Of a DNA stretch of 64,000 bases, positions 49,136 to 60,627 are shown one piece after another. Position 1 is the first letter of the stretch, and the number at the start of each line of letters is the position of its first letter. The DNA is taken from assembly GCA_016618085.1 (NCBI GenBank), contig JABLTG010000013.1:62001-126000 (forward strand), given 5' to 3'. Position numbers and translations under genes: made by a program. Source of the DNA: Neovahlkampfia damariscottae. Taxonomy: Eukaryota. The notes beneath the pieces were generated by a model that worked only from the letters and a program-made list of their open reading frames with translations, was not told the DNA's origin and searched no databases.

Positions 49136-49741
49136 ATGAGCACCCTAAATGTACATCGAGAGTTACTACTCAGGCAGTCTTGGATTGATGAAATGATCAA
49201 CAACAACTATGAAATAATACAATCTGAAAGTTGTCCAAAAAAAATGGCATTACTTCAACATCAAACATGTATCATCTGGATCGTTAAATGTCTCAGTAAA
49301 TTAATAAAACAACACGCTAAAACATATGAATTTGAAGAAAAACAACTTTTAGATCTGGTAGAGGGATTAGTTAACATTTGTTTTTTACACCCATCATTAT
49401 TCGTGCTGGGTTTGATCTATTTTGAAAAATTCATACAGAAAACAGAAACAGAATTGAAATTCAATAACGCTAAGATATATTTTGTGGTTTGTGTTTTTTT
49501 GGCTTGTAAGATGTATGATGATTTTCAAGATCTTTGTTACGTAAATTTGGTTCAATTGATTTGTAAAAAAAAGATTCAAAATAGGAATTATGTTTTAGTT
49601 GAAGCTTGTATTTTACAAAAATTAGAGTATAACCTTGTTATACAATATAGAGATTTCTTTGGTTTTATTCATGATTTCTCGAAAGATATTTCAAATCAAG
49701 TTTCAGCAGATGTTCTTGAATGCTCTAAATTGTATTTTTAA
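49136..49741 (+). CDS. Cyclin-fold protein (Pho80/P-U-type-like)
   Basis: FVLGLIYFEKF, YFVVCVFLACKMYDD, VEACILQKLEYNL. Confidence 0.75.
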   Translation: MSTLNVHRELLLRQSWIDEMINNNYEIIQSESCPKKMALLQHQTCIIWIVKCLSKLIKQHAKTYEFEEKQLLDLVEGLVNICFLHPSLFVLGLIYFEKFIQKTETELKFNNAKIYFVVCVFLACKMYDDFQDLCYVNLVQLICKKKIQNRNYVLVEACILQKLEYNLVIQYRDFFGFIHDFSKDISNQVSADVLECSKLYF

Positions 49742-50061
49742 TAAACTATTTGAATATTCTTTAAATTCTTTTTTAAGAAACAAAAAAAACATCCATGAAC
49801 TGTGACGATTGATTAATTTTTAGTCCACATCACACAATCACTCTTTTGAGGATGGAGTAATTCAAGTTTGATAAAAATCCAATGATTCAACATTGTTATT
49901 TTTATAATCACATTATTTGTTAAAAAAAATGATAAATATCATTGGACCTTTTTTTTAGTATTTGCATCAAATTTGAAGATACAATTTGAATAAAAAAAAA
50001 CCAACAATTCATTTATTTGGAATGTGAAAAATCCTTTGATTGGTCGATTTTAATTAGAAGA

Positions 50062-51438
50062 ATGATGGTAAATGGTGAAGAAGACAATTTAGAGTATGCT
50101 TCAACTCCGATTATCAAAGATGATGAAATTATAAACTACCAAGAAACTTCTGATGATAAAGTGCCTGTTGACTCATTTAATTTCATATATTTTATCATGC
50201 TTTTACAAGGTGTTGGAGTTTTGTTTCCATGGAATTCTTTCATTGCTGCACCAGATTATTTTGTAAGTAACTTTAACAAAATTCCTAAATTCAACCTTAG
50301 ATTGCTGTATACAAAGATAATCAAATTTTATCTTATTTTTCTGTTGTTTACTCATATCCAAATTTATTTGGTCTTGTTGTTATGATTTTTATCGGATATA
50401 AAATACCAATTCAAATTAGAGTTATGGGTACTTTTGCTGCTTTCTTCTTTTTATTGTTGACTATTCCAATTTTAGGTTTTGCTCAAATTCAAAATGCTCC
50501 AGTTATTGGTTTAATCATAACATTCACAGTTTTAGTATTTCTTGCTTTTGGTACTTCAATTTTACGTAAAAACAAAAACAACTTTTTTAACATTTTTTTT
50601 TCACACAGAAGGATCTATCTTTGGTTTGGCCGGAATTTTACCACCAAAATATATGGTAGCGACAATGGCTGGAAATGGATGGGCTGGATTGATTGTATCA
50701 TCCATTCGTGTTGCAACAAAAGGTTTAATTGAATCAGGTGGACATGAACCTACAATTTTTGATATCACTTTGTCAACATCAATCTATTTCTTCATTAGTT
50801 GTTTCTTTGTCTTCCTTTGCTTTGTTTCATTCTTTTTTGCTTGGAGAACAAAATTTGTTCAATATTATTACCTCAAAAGTTTAGAAAAAGATGAAACTCA
50901 AATAATCGATGAATCATCAAAAAAAGAACCATTTTATAAATCCATCATTTCAATTACCAAAAAAATGTGGACATTTGAAGTTTATGTGTTTGCTAATTTT
51001 GTGATTACAATAGGTTTATTTCCAAGTACTATTTTTGGATTTAAATCAGCTTATGGACCAGTGATGCAAAATTGGTTGCCAATTATCCTTGGATTAGTAT
51101 TTAATATTGGAGATGTTATTGGAAGAGGAGCTCCAGGTTACTATTTAGTTTCAAAACGTTATGTTCCTTATTTAACAATTTCACGTTTGATTTTTGTTCC
51201 TTTATTTTTGTTATGTATCAAACCTAGACTTATCACAAATGATATTCTTATGGTATTGATCATGTTAGCATTCTCAGTTTCAAATGGTTATTGTTCAACT
51301 ATTTCTATGATTCATGGACCTTCAACATGTTCACCAAATGAAAGATATGAAGCTTCAACAATCATGACATTTATGTTAGTATTTGGAATCGTTATGGGAT
51401 CAAATTTAGGTGTTATTTTAGGTCTCATTTACAATTAA
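50062..51438 (+). CDS. Equilibrative nucleoside transporter (multi-exon)
   Basis: GVGVLFPWNSFIAAPDYF, GNGWAG, FNIGDVIGR, SRLIFVPLF, FSVSNGY. Confidence 0.92.
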
Positions 51439-51461
51439 ACATTTTTTTATTCATTTTTTTT

Positions 51462-52772
51462 TCATGTTTGAAAAATTCCAATCTCAGCTAAATTTGAGTT
51501 GATTATCGATTCAAAAATTGGACAAATATTTTCAAGGAATGATTTTTCTAAAACCAAATATTCTTTTAATCCAGTTAAATTTTTTAGATAACCACACACT
51601 TTTCCAATGTAAATTTTATCATCTTTTTTCATTTGATCTAATATTTCATTTTGAATTTTATTGACATTAGATTCAAATTCTTGTTCATTTAATTGTCTTA
51701 AAATCAAAAATAGATCGACAAATAATTCTATTTTTTTTTCTAATATTTGATTGTCAATGTACATTTGAAAATGAAAATTTTCGTCTTCAAATTCTTCAAT
51801 AATCGAACCATTTTTTAAAAGCATTTCTTGATATTTGTGTGATTTTTCAATTCCTTCTGTAATCATGAAGTCTATAAACCTATCGATTTCGTGTTCGTCA
51901 AGAATGAACATGTTTGAGAGTTCTTCAAGATATGAAACTTCAGTGAGTTGTTCTTCTGTATCAATTTCATAACCAAAATCTCTCCATTCTTCAAATTCAT
52001 TTTCAAATAGTTCAATCTCACATTTTTCATCTGTGATTTTGTACAAGTCCATTAAAAGATCCTTTAATTCAATAAGACATCTTTCAGTCAATTCTTTGTT
52101 TTTAGTATCAATAAAATATTGAAAATAATCAATAGATTGAGAAATATCTAATTTTTCAATGATTTTATAAACCTCGGAAAATTTCTGGTTTTTCATCAAA
52201 GATAGTAGATGTATTTTAACATCTACTGACATATCAATAGAATCATTAATCTCTTTTCTCATATCTTTGTTATTTAATTTATCAATTGATTCATCTAAAT
52301 AAATGAATAATTCTAAATTTTTTGGTGATTGTGATTTAAAGAATTTCAATTGTTGAATCACAAGTTGTTTACAGTATTTTGAATTTGGAGACAATCTCAC
52401 AATGAAACCGATATCTAAAGTATTCTTTGTTAATGATTCAAGAATTCTATCTGATACATCATTCTCTTCAATCATTCTTTTCCATAAATTATTAATTTCC
52501 TTCTGAATTATTCTGTCTGCATCTCCAAGTAAATACAAACTATTTTTTGATATTTCAATCAATGATTCATATTTGTTTCCAACTATATTTTCAAATTCAA
52601 CAAATTTTTCAACTGTTTCTCCAACAATTCTTTCATCTTCTTTTGCAAATATATCCAAGGAGTCTTCATAATTTAACAAGAAATTAGTGTTCATTTTTTT
52701 AAACTGAATTAAAATTCTCTTAGAGTATTGTTCTGCTGATAATTTCTTCTTTTGCTTTTTTTTTGGTTGCAT
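51462..52772 (-). CDS. Hypothetical acidic helical protein
   Basis: 436-aa ORF with a basic N-terminal NLS-like segment; no family recognised. Confidence 0.6.
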   Translation of the reverse strand: MQPKKKQKKKLSAEQYSKRILIQFKKMNTNFLLNYEDSLDIFAKEDERIVGETVEKFVEFENIVGNKYESLIEISKNSLYLLGDADRIIQKEINNLWKRMIEENDVSDRILESLTKNTLDIGFIVRLSPNSKYCKQLVIQQLKFFKSQSPKNLELFIYLDESIDKLNNKDMRKEINDSIDMSVDVKIHLLSLMKNQKFSEVYKIIEKLDISQSIDYFQYFIDTKNKELTERCLIELKDLLMDLYKITDEKCEIELFENEFEEWRDFGYEIDTEEQLTEVSYLEELSNMFILDEHEIDRFIDFMITEGIEKSHKYQEMLLKNGSIIEEFEDENFHFQMYIDNQILEKKIELFVDLFLILRQLNEQEFESNVNKIQNEILDQMKKDDKIYIGKVCGYLKNLTGLKEYLVLEKSFLENICPIFESIINSNLAEIGIFQT

Positions 52773-52837
52773 TTAACAGAGGTAACAACTACCAATGAAA
52801 AAATTCCTTGTATCGTCCAATCAAATAGCTACACCTC

Positions 52838-53640
52838 ATGTCTTGGTTGTTTGGAAATGGAGAAAAGAAGAAAGAAGAACCGAACCCTATTGATGAATTT
52901 CTGTTGAAAGACAAAAAAAATTTCGAGATACCTCAAACAGAACTGTTTGAAAAATTTAAAACGATGGTCAAGTCTCCAAATGACTCTTGGACACAGCATG
53001 TCAAAGACGAGAACTTAAAAGTTTGGACAAAAGAAGCAACCAACTCCAAAGTAAATATATTGAAAGTCAAAGCGGAATTCGAAGTTCCTCCGCTCTTGTT
53101 ATTTAAACTCATCAGAGATGATGAATATTTCATGAAATGTGGTGATGACATGTTTAAAGAGTGGAAGAATGTTGATATAATTGACGAAGATAATACGATA
53201 AGTTACTGTAAGTTGTTCATATTTCACTTATTGTTGAAGTTGCTTTCAATTCACCAATTGGAATTATTTCTGGAAGAGATTTCATCACGCTGAGAAGTTA
53301 TCATACTGGAAATGGTGAACATGTTATTTTAATTCGAAGCGTGGTAAAGGATGACATTCCTCAAAAAGAAGGTTTGAATAATTGATTTCACATTTTTTAA
53401 CACTTTCTTTATTAAGGTCTTGTGAGAGGAGATATTCATTTAACAGGTTATTATATTTATCCTAAAGGTGAAGGATGTGAAATGATGTATATGACTCAAA
53501 CAGATTTGAATGGTTACATTCCAGGATGGGTAATCAATTTTGGAGCCACAACTTTAGCAAAAAAGACAATTGGAAATTTGAAAGATATGGCTGTAAATTA
53601 TCCCAAATATTTAAAAGAACAAGAAAAAGAAGTAAAATAG
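52838..53640 (+). CDS. START-domain lipid-binding protein (multi-exon)
   Basis: W..HVKDENLKVW, ISGRDFITLRS, VRGDIHLTGY, YMTQTDLNGYIPGWVIN. Confidence 0.85.
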
Positions 53641-53812
53641 ATCTAACAGTTTTTGACATTTATTCATATCTCGATTTCTTCATCATTTTTCATTGAAAAT
53701 TTCTAAAAAGTGATTTCATTATTTGATAATAGAAATGATTCTTATTTTCTAATTTTCTTTCTACAAGTATTATTTTTTATCCAATGAAATCAAATCACAA
53801 ACGAAAAAAAAA

Positions 53813-54706
53813 ATGGACGTTAACATTCTCGAGCTAGGACCATCCAAAAAACAATTAAAAAAACAAAAAAGAGAAGAAAATTCAAATAAAAAAATAAAAA
53901 ATGTTATTAAATCAAAAAAAGAAAGAAGTCAAAAAATTGAAAAAGCAAAGAAAACCAAAGATGAACAAATCATTCAACTTGAAGAAAAAGTACAAAAAAA
54001 ATTTGAAACACAATTTAGTGAATATGAAGATATTCTCAATAAAAAAAAATTTAGAGCACAAAATGAAGAACAAGAATTTGATTTAGATTTAAAAGAGCCT
54101 GATTCAAAACCATTGAATAAAAAAGAACAATATGATATAATTGATGATATTTTGAAACAAGAATCAAATAGAAATATTGAAAAATTGGAAAAATTACCAA
54201 AACCAACAATAATGACCAATTTCTTCAAACATTTAGAAAAACAAAAAATTTCGACATCAAATCCTGTTAAAACTGGCAAAAGAAAATCAAAATTTTTATC
54301 ATTTTATTGTGATTACGTTGGATATGATAAATTTGGTATCTATGATTCTTTGGCAAGAATTACGATTGTCAATGAATTTGGTGATTTAATTTATCAAAAA
54401 GAAATTCAACAAACTGAAAAAGTAACCGATTATAGAAATACAGGATTGAAAAATTTGAATTCAATGAATGGAATTTCAAAAGAAGACGCTTTTGAAGAAA
54501 TTCAAAAATTAATTGGAAATTCAAAATTAATCGGTTTCGAGAATAAATTGGAACAATTTCAAATGACTGACATTTCAAAATTGTCAAAGAAATCATTTCA
54601 AGAAATGGCAAAATTATATTTAGGAATTGATATTAAATTGAGCACAACTGCTGTCGAAAAGGCAAACATCATTTTTAAAATTCATCAATTGAATAGTAAA
54701 AAATAA
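53813..54706 (+). CDS. REX4-like DEDDh exonuclease homolog with degenerate catalytic motif
   Basis: FYCDYVG..SLARITIVN..GDLIY..EKVTDYR; Lys-rich N-terminus. Confidence 0.65.
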   Translation: MDVNILELGPSKKQLKKQKREENSNKKIKNVIKSKKERSQKIEKAKKTKDEQIIQLEEKVQKKFETQFSEYEDILNKKKFRAQNEEQEFDLDLKEPDSKPLNKKEQYDIIDDILKQESNRNIEKLEKLPKPTIMTNFFKHLEKQKISTSNPVKTGKRKSKFLSFYCDYVGYDKFGIYDSLARITIVNEFGDLIYQKEIQQTEKVTDYRNTGLKNLNSMNGISKEDAFEEIQKLIGNSKLIGFENKLEQFQMTDISKLSKKSFQEMAKLYLGIDIKLSTTAVEKANIIFKIHQLNSKK

Positions 54707-54848
54707 AAATTTTACCAATAATTTAGAAATACAATCACCATTCCCACAAGTTACACATACCTTTGTTTCGTTTTCATCTTCTTTTTCCTTTTGAGGATTT
54801 GCAGAAAAACTATTGGCTTATTCTGTATTCTTGATAAAACCTTGGTTC

Positions 54849-55673
54849 ATGGAGGACAATTGGGATATTGATGACAATTGGGATATTGATGACAATTGGG
54901 ATATTGATGACAATGAAGAAAAATATGACTCAGATTTTGTTGAGTTTGAATTCAACCATGATGATTTTGAAGAAAAAGAACCAGAAAACAGTACAGGATT
55001 GAATATTAGAATCTCAAGAATAACAACAAATTCATGTATCATTAAATGGAATAAACCATCTGAAAATGAATATTATTTTTACAGAGTATATCAATTAAAG
55101 GAAGGATCAAAATTCAAAATTTATGAAGGAGAAAAAACATCAATTTTGATTCAATACTTAAAACCAAATCAAAATTATAAATTTTGTGTTTTTATTTTTG
55201 GGACAGTCATGACAGAAATATTAGAAGTTAACACAAAAGAATCAAAAAATAAAATTGTTGAAAAAACACAAAAAAAAAAAAAAAAAAAAAAAATTGAATC
55301 CACAAACAACTTGAGAGATTTGGAATTTTTAACAATTTTTAATTTTCAGGTTACAGATGTGACAGATATATCAGCCAATTTAAAATGGAAAAATTCAAAT
55401 TCTGATAAAATAAAATTGATCAAACGATTGAAAATTAGTATCATTAATGAAGAAACAATGAAAATTAATTCATTTTTTTATAGTGGAAAAATGAAATTTT
55501 CATACCTTAAATTTTTGGATTCTGATTCAAATTATAAAATATATATTGAAGGAGAAATTGAAAACAAAGATGAAATAAAGTTCATTCCTGTTGGTTTTCA
55601 ATTTTTCAAAACTTTGGGAGTTGATGAATTGAGATCAAAAGAAATTCAAAAAAAAAGAAAAGTGAAAAAATAA
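54849..55673 (+). CDS. Fibronectin type III domain protein with acidic repeat N-terminus
   Basis: ITTNSCIIKWNKP..YRVY..IYEG..LKPNQNYKFCV; second unit VTDVTDISANLKW..LDSDSNYKIYI. Confidence 0.7.
   Translation: MEDNWDIDDNWDIDDNWDIDDNEEKYDSDFVEFEFNHDDFEEKEPENSTGLNIRISRITTNSCIIKWNKPSENEYYFYRVYQLKEGSKFKIYEGEKTSILIQYLKPNQNYKFCVFIFGTVMTEILEVNTKESKNKIVEKTQKKKKKKKIESTNNLRDLEFLTIFNFQVTDVTDISANLKWKNSNSDKIKLIKRLKISIINEETMKINSFFYSGKMKFSYLKFLDSDSNYKIYIEGEIENKDEIKFIPVGFQFFKTLGVDELRSKEIQKKRKVKK
54855..54914 (+). repeat. Perfect 18-bp coding tandem repeat (DNWDID x3 + partial)
   Basis: GACAATTGGGATATTGAT three times, then GACAAT. Confidence 0.95.
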
Positions 55674-56084
55674 AAATTATTCGAATAAATATGAATAAGC
55701 AATTATTTGAATGAATATTCGAATAATTTTATTCATATCCTTAGACTGTTTGACAATGTATTTGTTGTGGAGGGAGTCAAAAAAACAACTTGAAAATTCG
55801 GTCTTTTTGGTAGAAACCTGATCGTATTCCAATACATTAAATGGTTTAAATGTTTTAAAAAAATAATTTAGATTAGTATTCTTTTTTCTTCTAAAGAATT
55901 AGGAAAATGCAATGTTTATTCTTCATTTGATCTTGGGTTACCAAAGATGTCATGACTGATGGAAGCGAAATTTATCTTTCCAAAGGATGCGTTGATGAGG
56001 TTTCAACAGAAGGTGTTGCCCAATAAATTTTGGTTTTTTTTGGTTAACAATAAAAGGAAATTTTCATCCAATCATTTTCATTCC

Positions 56085-57901
56085 ATGGCCAGAACCAAAA
56101 AAACAAAACCGTACTGTCAGTACGACGGATACTGCTACAGAAATAACCCTAAACATTTTGCTGACTATGGTAACAAACAAAAATACTCAAGAAATAAGAC
56201 CATCCGAAACAGTTTCCAGCAGGACATCCATCACAAACATTTGATAACCAACACAAAAAAATAAAACTATCCATGTTAGTAAAACCAGAACCACAATTCA
56301 AAACACCATTTGTTAAAACTGACTATGGTTCAAGTGATTTTCGTCCAATTCCAGTCAATCAACTTCAACAAGCAACTTTAACACAAGGAATTGTTTCAAA
56401 ACCAAAATGGTATGAAAAAATGATAGATGAAAAAATTGTTGAAAAATGGAAAAGGGAATCAAAATCCCATTATTTTAATGATTCAATGATTAAATTTGCC
56501 TTTGATCAATTGGATTATTATGTCAATGTTTTTTCAAAAAAATATGACACGATTTATGTATCTCCTGTGTATGCAGTTTATCAAACAGATGGTTTAATAC
56601 CTGATAAATTGACAGATGAATTCAAAAAGAATGTTAAAAAGTTAGAAAATGTACCAGAAGATCAATTGGATTGGCATCCAGGAAGTGAAAAACAAGTTTG
56701 GATCAAAACAATTTTTTAAACAATTTAGGTATTAGATTTAGTTCACCCATCATTATATCCTTTAGTATATAGAAAGAGTTTAGGAACTAATGAATTTATT
56801 GATCAAACTAAAACACCAATGTACCAATGGATTGGAAAAGGAGAAAAAATCACAAATTTCATTACAAGTGATTCAACAAGTGGTGAATATCTATCTGAAG
56901 AATTTCAATGGTTACCATCAAATTTTGATGTATCAATTGATGGTAAAGTTAAAATTGTTTCGTACATTAATAATCTTCATCCATATACACATCGAGACAT
57001 GTATGGAAATTTATCAAGCATTTTTGAAAAGTTTATTCCATTGTTTGAAAATGTATTAACTGATTCTGTGAATGAAAATCAAAATATTCAAGATGTTGAT
57101 ATGTACAACCTTTACGACAAACCAAGTTCCGATGCTGAAGATGAAGAATGGGATGAATGGTATGAAACTAGACATCCAAAAGATATTCCTTTCGATAAAG
57201 TATTCAAGCCAAATACCATTAAAGATGAAATCAATTTGAAGGGAAGAAAATTACAAGTAATTGTGAAATTAGCAAATATTTTATTAACTCCTGAAAATCC
57301 AAAATATAAAGGAGGTGTTTGGCATGTTGAAGGAATGGAAAATGAAGATATTGTTGCAACAGGTATTTATTACTATGATAATGAAAATATTTCAAATTCT
57401 GAACTTCATTTCAGACAATCAATCAATGAACCTTATTATGAACAAGGTGATGATAAAGGAGTTGAATTAATTTATGATTTATATAATGAATCACCACTTG
57501 TTCAAGAAATTGGACATGTTGGTTCGATTACAGGAAGATGTATTGCATTTCCTAACATTTATCAACATAGAGTTTCCCCGTTTGAATTAGAAGATGCAAC
57601 AAAAAAAGGTCACAGAAAAATCCTCGTTTTCTTTTTAGTTAATCCAAATAACACAATTATTTCAACAGCAAATGTTCCACCACAACAAAAGGATTGGTTG
57701 AAGAAATACTTTATTGATTTAAGATGTTTTGGAAATGTGCCAAATGAAATTTGTGAATTGATTGCAGACTTCATTGAATTTCCGATCGATTTGGAAGAAA
57801 CAAAGAAAGACAGAATAAAATTAATGGATGAAAGAAAATACATCAGTTCAAAAGTTGATGAAGAACATTACTTAAGAGAATTCTCCCTTTGTGAGCATTA
57901 A
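56085..57901 (+). CDS. PBZ zinc finger + DUF4246-family protein (two introns)
   Basis: CQYDGYCYRNNPKHFADY-DHP after splicing; DWHPGS, LDLVHPSLYPLVY, FQWLPS, SYINNLHP, LQVIVKLANI.LTPE.P.Y.GGVWHVEG, FPNIYQHRVSPF. Confidence 0.85.
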
Positions 57902-58425
57902 ATTTTAATTTTTTATTGAAATTAGTTTTTAGATAGTTTTAAGCAATTTGATTTTTGAAACCTGAACAATATTCCAAAACTGTTAACACTTTGACTTCTG
58001 AAAAAGAAATTTGGTGAAACGAGTTATCTATTAAAATTCATATCCGAATTGAAATAGTCTCTTTAAAGCCAAAAAATTGTAAATTCCCATTTTTTTCAAA
58101 ATAGCTACTTCATCCACTGAATGAAAAAAAATAAAAAATTTTCTTCGTTTATTGCGGAATACACAAGGTAATCCTATACCAGAAATTATGATGTCCGAAC
58201 TATTCGAGTTGAACAGCCAGTGAAACAACTACAGAACTTAGTGCAATGACTGTATTTTGCTCCAAGTGAACAAGATGCATGATCCTTATCCCCTCCATCA
58301 AGGTAAGTGATAAGTATTACCAATAAATCCCTATTTACGTAAAAAATATTCAAAATTTAAAAGTTTGGTTTTGATCAAGAATGTGAGCCAAAAAAACTTC
58401 ACTGTGTTTGTACAAATGACAAATT

Positions 58426-59040
58426 TTATTTTTTAACATATTTTGTATCTGCTATAAAATCTCCAATGTATTTCTGTTTCAAAATGACACTACCAATATC
58501 AACCGCTAACAATAGAATTCCTAAATATGTTTCATAAAATTTGACAAATTTGGATTCATGAGAGCATTTCATATTATAAGAAACCATGGCGATATCTAAA
58601 TATGCAAAAAGACTTCTTTTTAACATATCAACTTCTGTCGGATTTGTATCATCATTTTTTATAATTTCCAAACCTTCAAATTTTCTACCCAATGAAAAAT
58701 TAAACAAATTTGATACTATTGTTATGATATCAAAAGTGTAACCTGTAATATCTTCCTCTAAATAAGGTGACTTTTCTTTGTCAAAAAAAGAAGAAATAAA
58801 TGTGGAAATCAGTTTTGAAAGTAGCACACTAAAAATCATATCCATAGCTTCTGATATGAATACAGCGAGTGATGAAGCTGTTTTTTTGATGATTTTTTTT
58901 TCTTCAATTTTTTTCTCTTCAACTTTTACTTGAGTTAAATTATTGTCAGTTTTGTACAACAATGTTGAACTCAAAGTAAGTCCAAGGGGTGAAATCTTTT
59001 TAAGTGACTTTAAAGTTTTGGAGATTTGTTTGCGGAACAT
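58426..59040 (-). CDS. RDD-like membrane protein with possible mitochondrial presequence
   Basis: SLGRKFEGLEII, LKRSL, IGDFIADTKYVK resemble the RDD pattern; basic N-terminus MFRKQISKTLK. Confidence 0.45.
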   Translation of the reverse strand: MFRKQISKTLKSLKKISPLGLTLSSTLLYKTDNNLTQVKVEEKKIEEKKIIKKTASSLAVFISEAMDMIFSVLLSKLISTFISSFFDKEKSPYLEEDITGYTFDIITIVSNLFNFSLGRKFEGLEIIKNDDTNPTEVDMLKRSLFAYLDIAMVSYNMKCSHESKFVKFYETYLGILLLAVDIGSVILKQKYIGDFIADTKYVKK

Positions 59041-59264
59041 GAAGTTATCAGTGAAAATTTGTTTGACCAATAGAAAGTCTCGAATTTTTATGAGGATTTG
59101 ACTGTGGAAAAATTGAATTAATGAGCTGAATGAACTCAACTTCAGACAAGACACAGAACTTCAAAGTAATTTTTTCGTTAATCCAAAAGCTACAGTTTTG
59201 TTGGGATCACATGTTCCAACAAACAGTGTTTAGAGAAAAACAGCAAATTTTAATTTTCATTGAT

Positions 59265-60313
59265 TCAATTTTTAACTATTTTTTTTGTGTCCATTGATTT
59301 TGACAATTCTGAAAGTGATTTTGAGACTTCTTCTATTCTTTCTTCATCTTGTTTTCTATTTTTCATATCTTTTACATATTCTTTTAACGTTCTTTTCTTT
59401 GATGTAATTGCAATCGCTCCTAACATTACATCAATAACAGCTTTAGCAGTTGAAAATGTCAAAATATTTTCTTTTCCAATACAGTTTGACCATTGTTCAA
59501 TGAAAGAGTCATCTTCCTATGAAAATAATCAATTTAAAAGAAATATTTTTTACCCAACCATGCCATCCTTGAAATGGTTTATGTAAGAGAAAGACATTAA
59601 ATTTCTTTGTCAAATCTTCAAAAATTTCACTAACTTTTCGGTCTTTATCTTTAAGTCCTAAATATTTTTCAATCCAATCTGATGATAAATCATCATAAAG
59701 ACCTTCATCTCCGGTGAAAAATAAAAATGGTAATTCTGATTTTGAAATGTCACAATTGTAAGCATAAAAATAAGCAGCTAAATCATAAGATTCTTTTAAA
59801 TTACCACCACCTAATTGTTGTAAACAAATCTTTGAAATTAATTCATCAACTGATTCATGAGTTTTTTTTTTTATTTTTACCTTGTTTTCCTTGTCCAAAG
59901 GGTGTCACTTGAATTGGTGTATTACTTGCAGAAGCATCACCAATAGCTGAAAAACTAATTGAAGGATCATCTAAATAACCTTGTTGAATAATTTGACCAT
60001 AAAATACAGGTAATTTATCATAAATTACTTTGGGCCAGTCGTTCATTGAACCTTTGTGAAAATTTAACATGAAAAAAAAAGAAACCTGTCACATCTAATG
60101 CTAAAATAATTGGACTTTTATGTTCACAAATTATTTTTTCGTCTTCATCAATAAACTGTTTTGGATCACAACTTTTATGAAGTTCTGTGTTTTGACTTAA
60201 TATTTGAGCAGATGTCATTGAGTACTGTCCTTCTGTTGAAATATAATCTCTATCATATCCGTCTGAACCTCCTCCTAACAATTTAAACTTCAAAGAATCT
60301 CACCTGGTGGCAT
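59265..60313 (-). CDS. Bacterial-type vWA-like (MIDAS) protein, multi-exon
   Basis: PIILALDVTGSM (across an intron), ISFSAIGD, QVTPF, GGGNLKESYDLAAYF, FLFFTGDEG. Confidence 0.7.
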
Positions 60314-60627
60314 TTTGGTTTTGTTTTTGGATGTGTGGTGTTTGATTGGATGAAAAAAATCAAGTTTGTTCAGAAACTATTCTGGATTTTATTGAGTTTT
60401 GTTTCAATGAATCAGAAGTAGAACTAGGTCATGTCTCACCAAATTTGTTGTAACCAATAAGAATTCTCCCATGTATGACTTGATCTAACAAAACCAATTT
60501 TTTAACAAAAATATCAATTGCCTCAGATCACAAATGCTTAACGGAAATAATTCACATAAACTTCTGATTGGTCAATGAGAAATTACCCAATTAAAATAAG
60601 TCTTAAACAAAACGATAAAAAAAACAA

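Noticed and set aside
54855..54914. Short direct repeats resembling a CRISPR array
   Set aside because: Repeats are contiguous with no spacers, in frame within a CDS, in a eukaryotic context.
55676..55740. Two TATTCGAATA palindromes after the FN3 gene
   Set aside because: Short and AT-rich, with no associated element or target duplication; may be chance.
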